From: Octopus bimaculoides
Lineage: Eukaryota
NCBI RefSeq assembly: GCF_001194135.2
Contig: NC_068982.1
Span: 149,629,151 to 149,693,150 of the forward strand
DNA: 64,000 nucleotides
Direction of reading: 5' to 3'
In this document: positions 63,439 to 64,000 of the stretch, piece by piece
How positions within the stretch are numbered: position 1 is the stretch's first letter
How the letters are laid out: each line of letters begins with the position of its first letter
Notes under the pieces: model-generated
The model's database searches: none
The model's input: only the letters and a program-made list of their open reading frames with translations
Told to the model about the DNA's origin: nothing
Translations under genes and position numbers: made by a program

Positions 63439-64000
63439 CCCGGCGTTGCCCAGGTGTTATGACCTACAGCCACATTCTATTATTTGTTCTTTTCTTATGG
63501 GCAGAATGAGCACAGCTGATATATAATGAACTGGACTGCTAGCATAATGAAAGTTATTGTTTGTTTAAAAGTGAAGGTGAGGGAAAGGTACAGTTTGCAT
63601 GGATTTGCGCGAAATTGTTTCGACTCCTCACTTTTGCTATTATTGAACCGGGAACTTAACAGCAGCCCTTCCATAGCACTTACGTAGCCTTACCTGCCTT
63701 TGGGGTCTTCTGGATACCAAAACATCTCATATTATTATATATTATACTAGCAGTATAACCCGACGTTGTCCGGGTGTGACTTATTACGCCATCTACGATA
63801 AGTCTTGCTAGGTGAAAATCAACTAAAAAAGAAAGACTTACAACGAAAAAACCCTTATGATGTAAATATGTTCATAATTCAAAAGACGATGAAATGAAAA
63901 GGGCAAGTTTGAAGGCTGTTTTGCATAACATTATTAATCGTACGTAAATTTCATCCGTCTAATTGGCTATACAAATGATATGTGCAAAACAACTTTTTGC
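63439..64000 (+). mobile_element. Helitron/Helentron-type non-autonomous element starts (two)
   Basis: cccggcgttgcccagg at 63439 and actagcagtataacccgacgttgtccgggt at 63746 (ACTAG followed by a GC hairpin). CpG-rich interior. Confidence 0.5.

Overview
AT-rich, microsatellite-dense animal DNA with 11 N-gaps, most opening or closing at (TA)n or (CA)n tracts. The repeat families (tRNA-headed SINEs, RTE LINE tails ending in (GAT)n) look like those of an octopus genome; this is inference from recall, not a database result. No host protein-coding gene, tRNA, rRNA or CRISPR array can be supported, so the window reads as a large intron or intergenic region. Most computed ORFs are microsatellite, gap or antisense-repeat artefacts. 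Recognisable content: decayed RTE LINEs; R4/Dong-like RLE LINEs; Penelope-like (PLE) fragments; several SINE families; three Tc1/mariner lineages (DD34D mariner, DD36E Tc1-like, DD37D maT); hAT, piggyBac-like and pogo-like MITEs; Helitron-like ends; and a probable LTR. The most interesting signal is a ~190-bp short repeat in four copies. Its minus strand folds into a minimal type I hammerhead-ribozyme-like motif with a non-canonical 8-nt core (CUGU[U/G]GAA), and two copies lie head-to-tail like a retrozyme unit. A DD36E transposon, a 90-nt hairpin and a few weak exon candidates also merit checks. Boundaries of decayed repeats are approximate (tens of bp); TIR, TSD and motif coordinates were indexed by hand.
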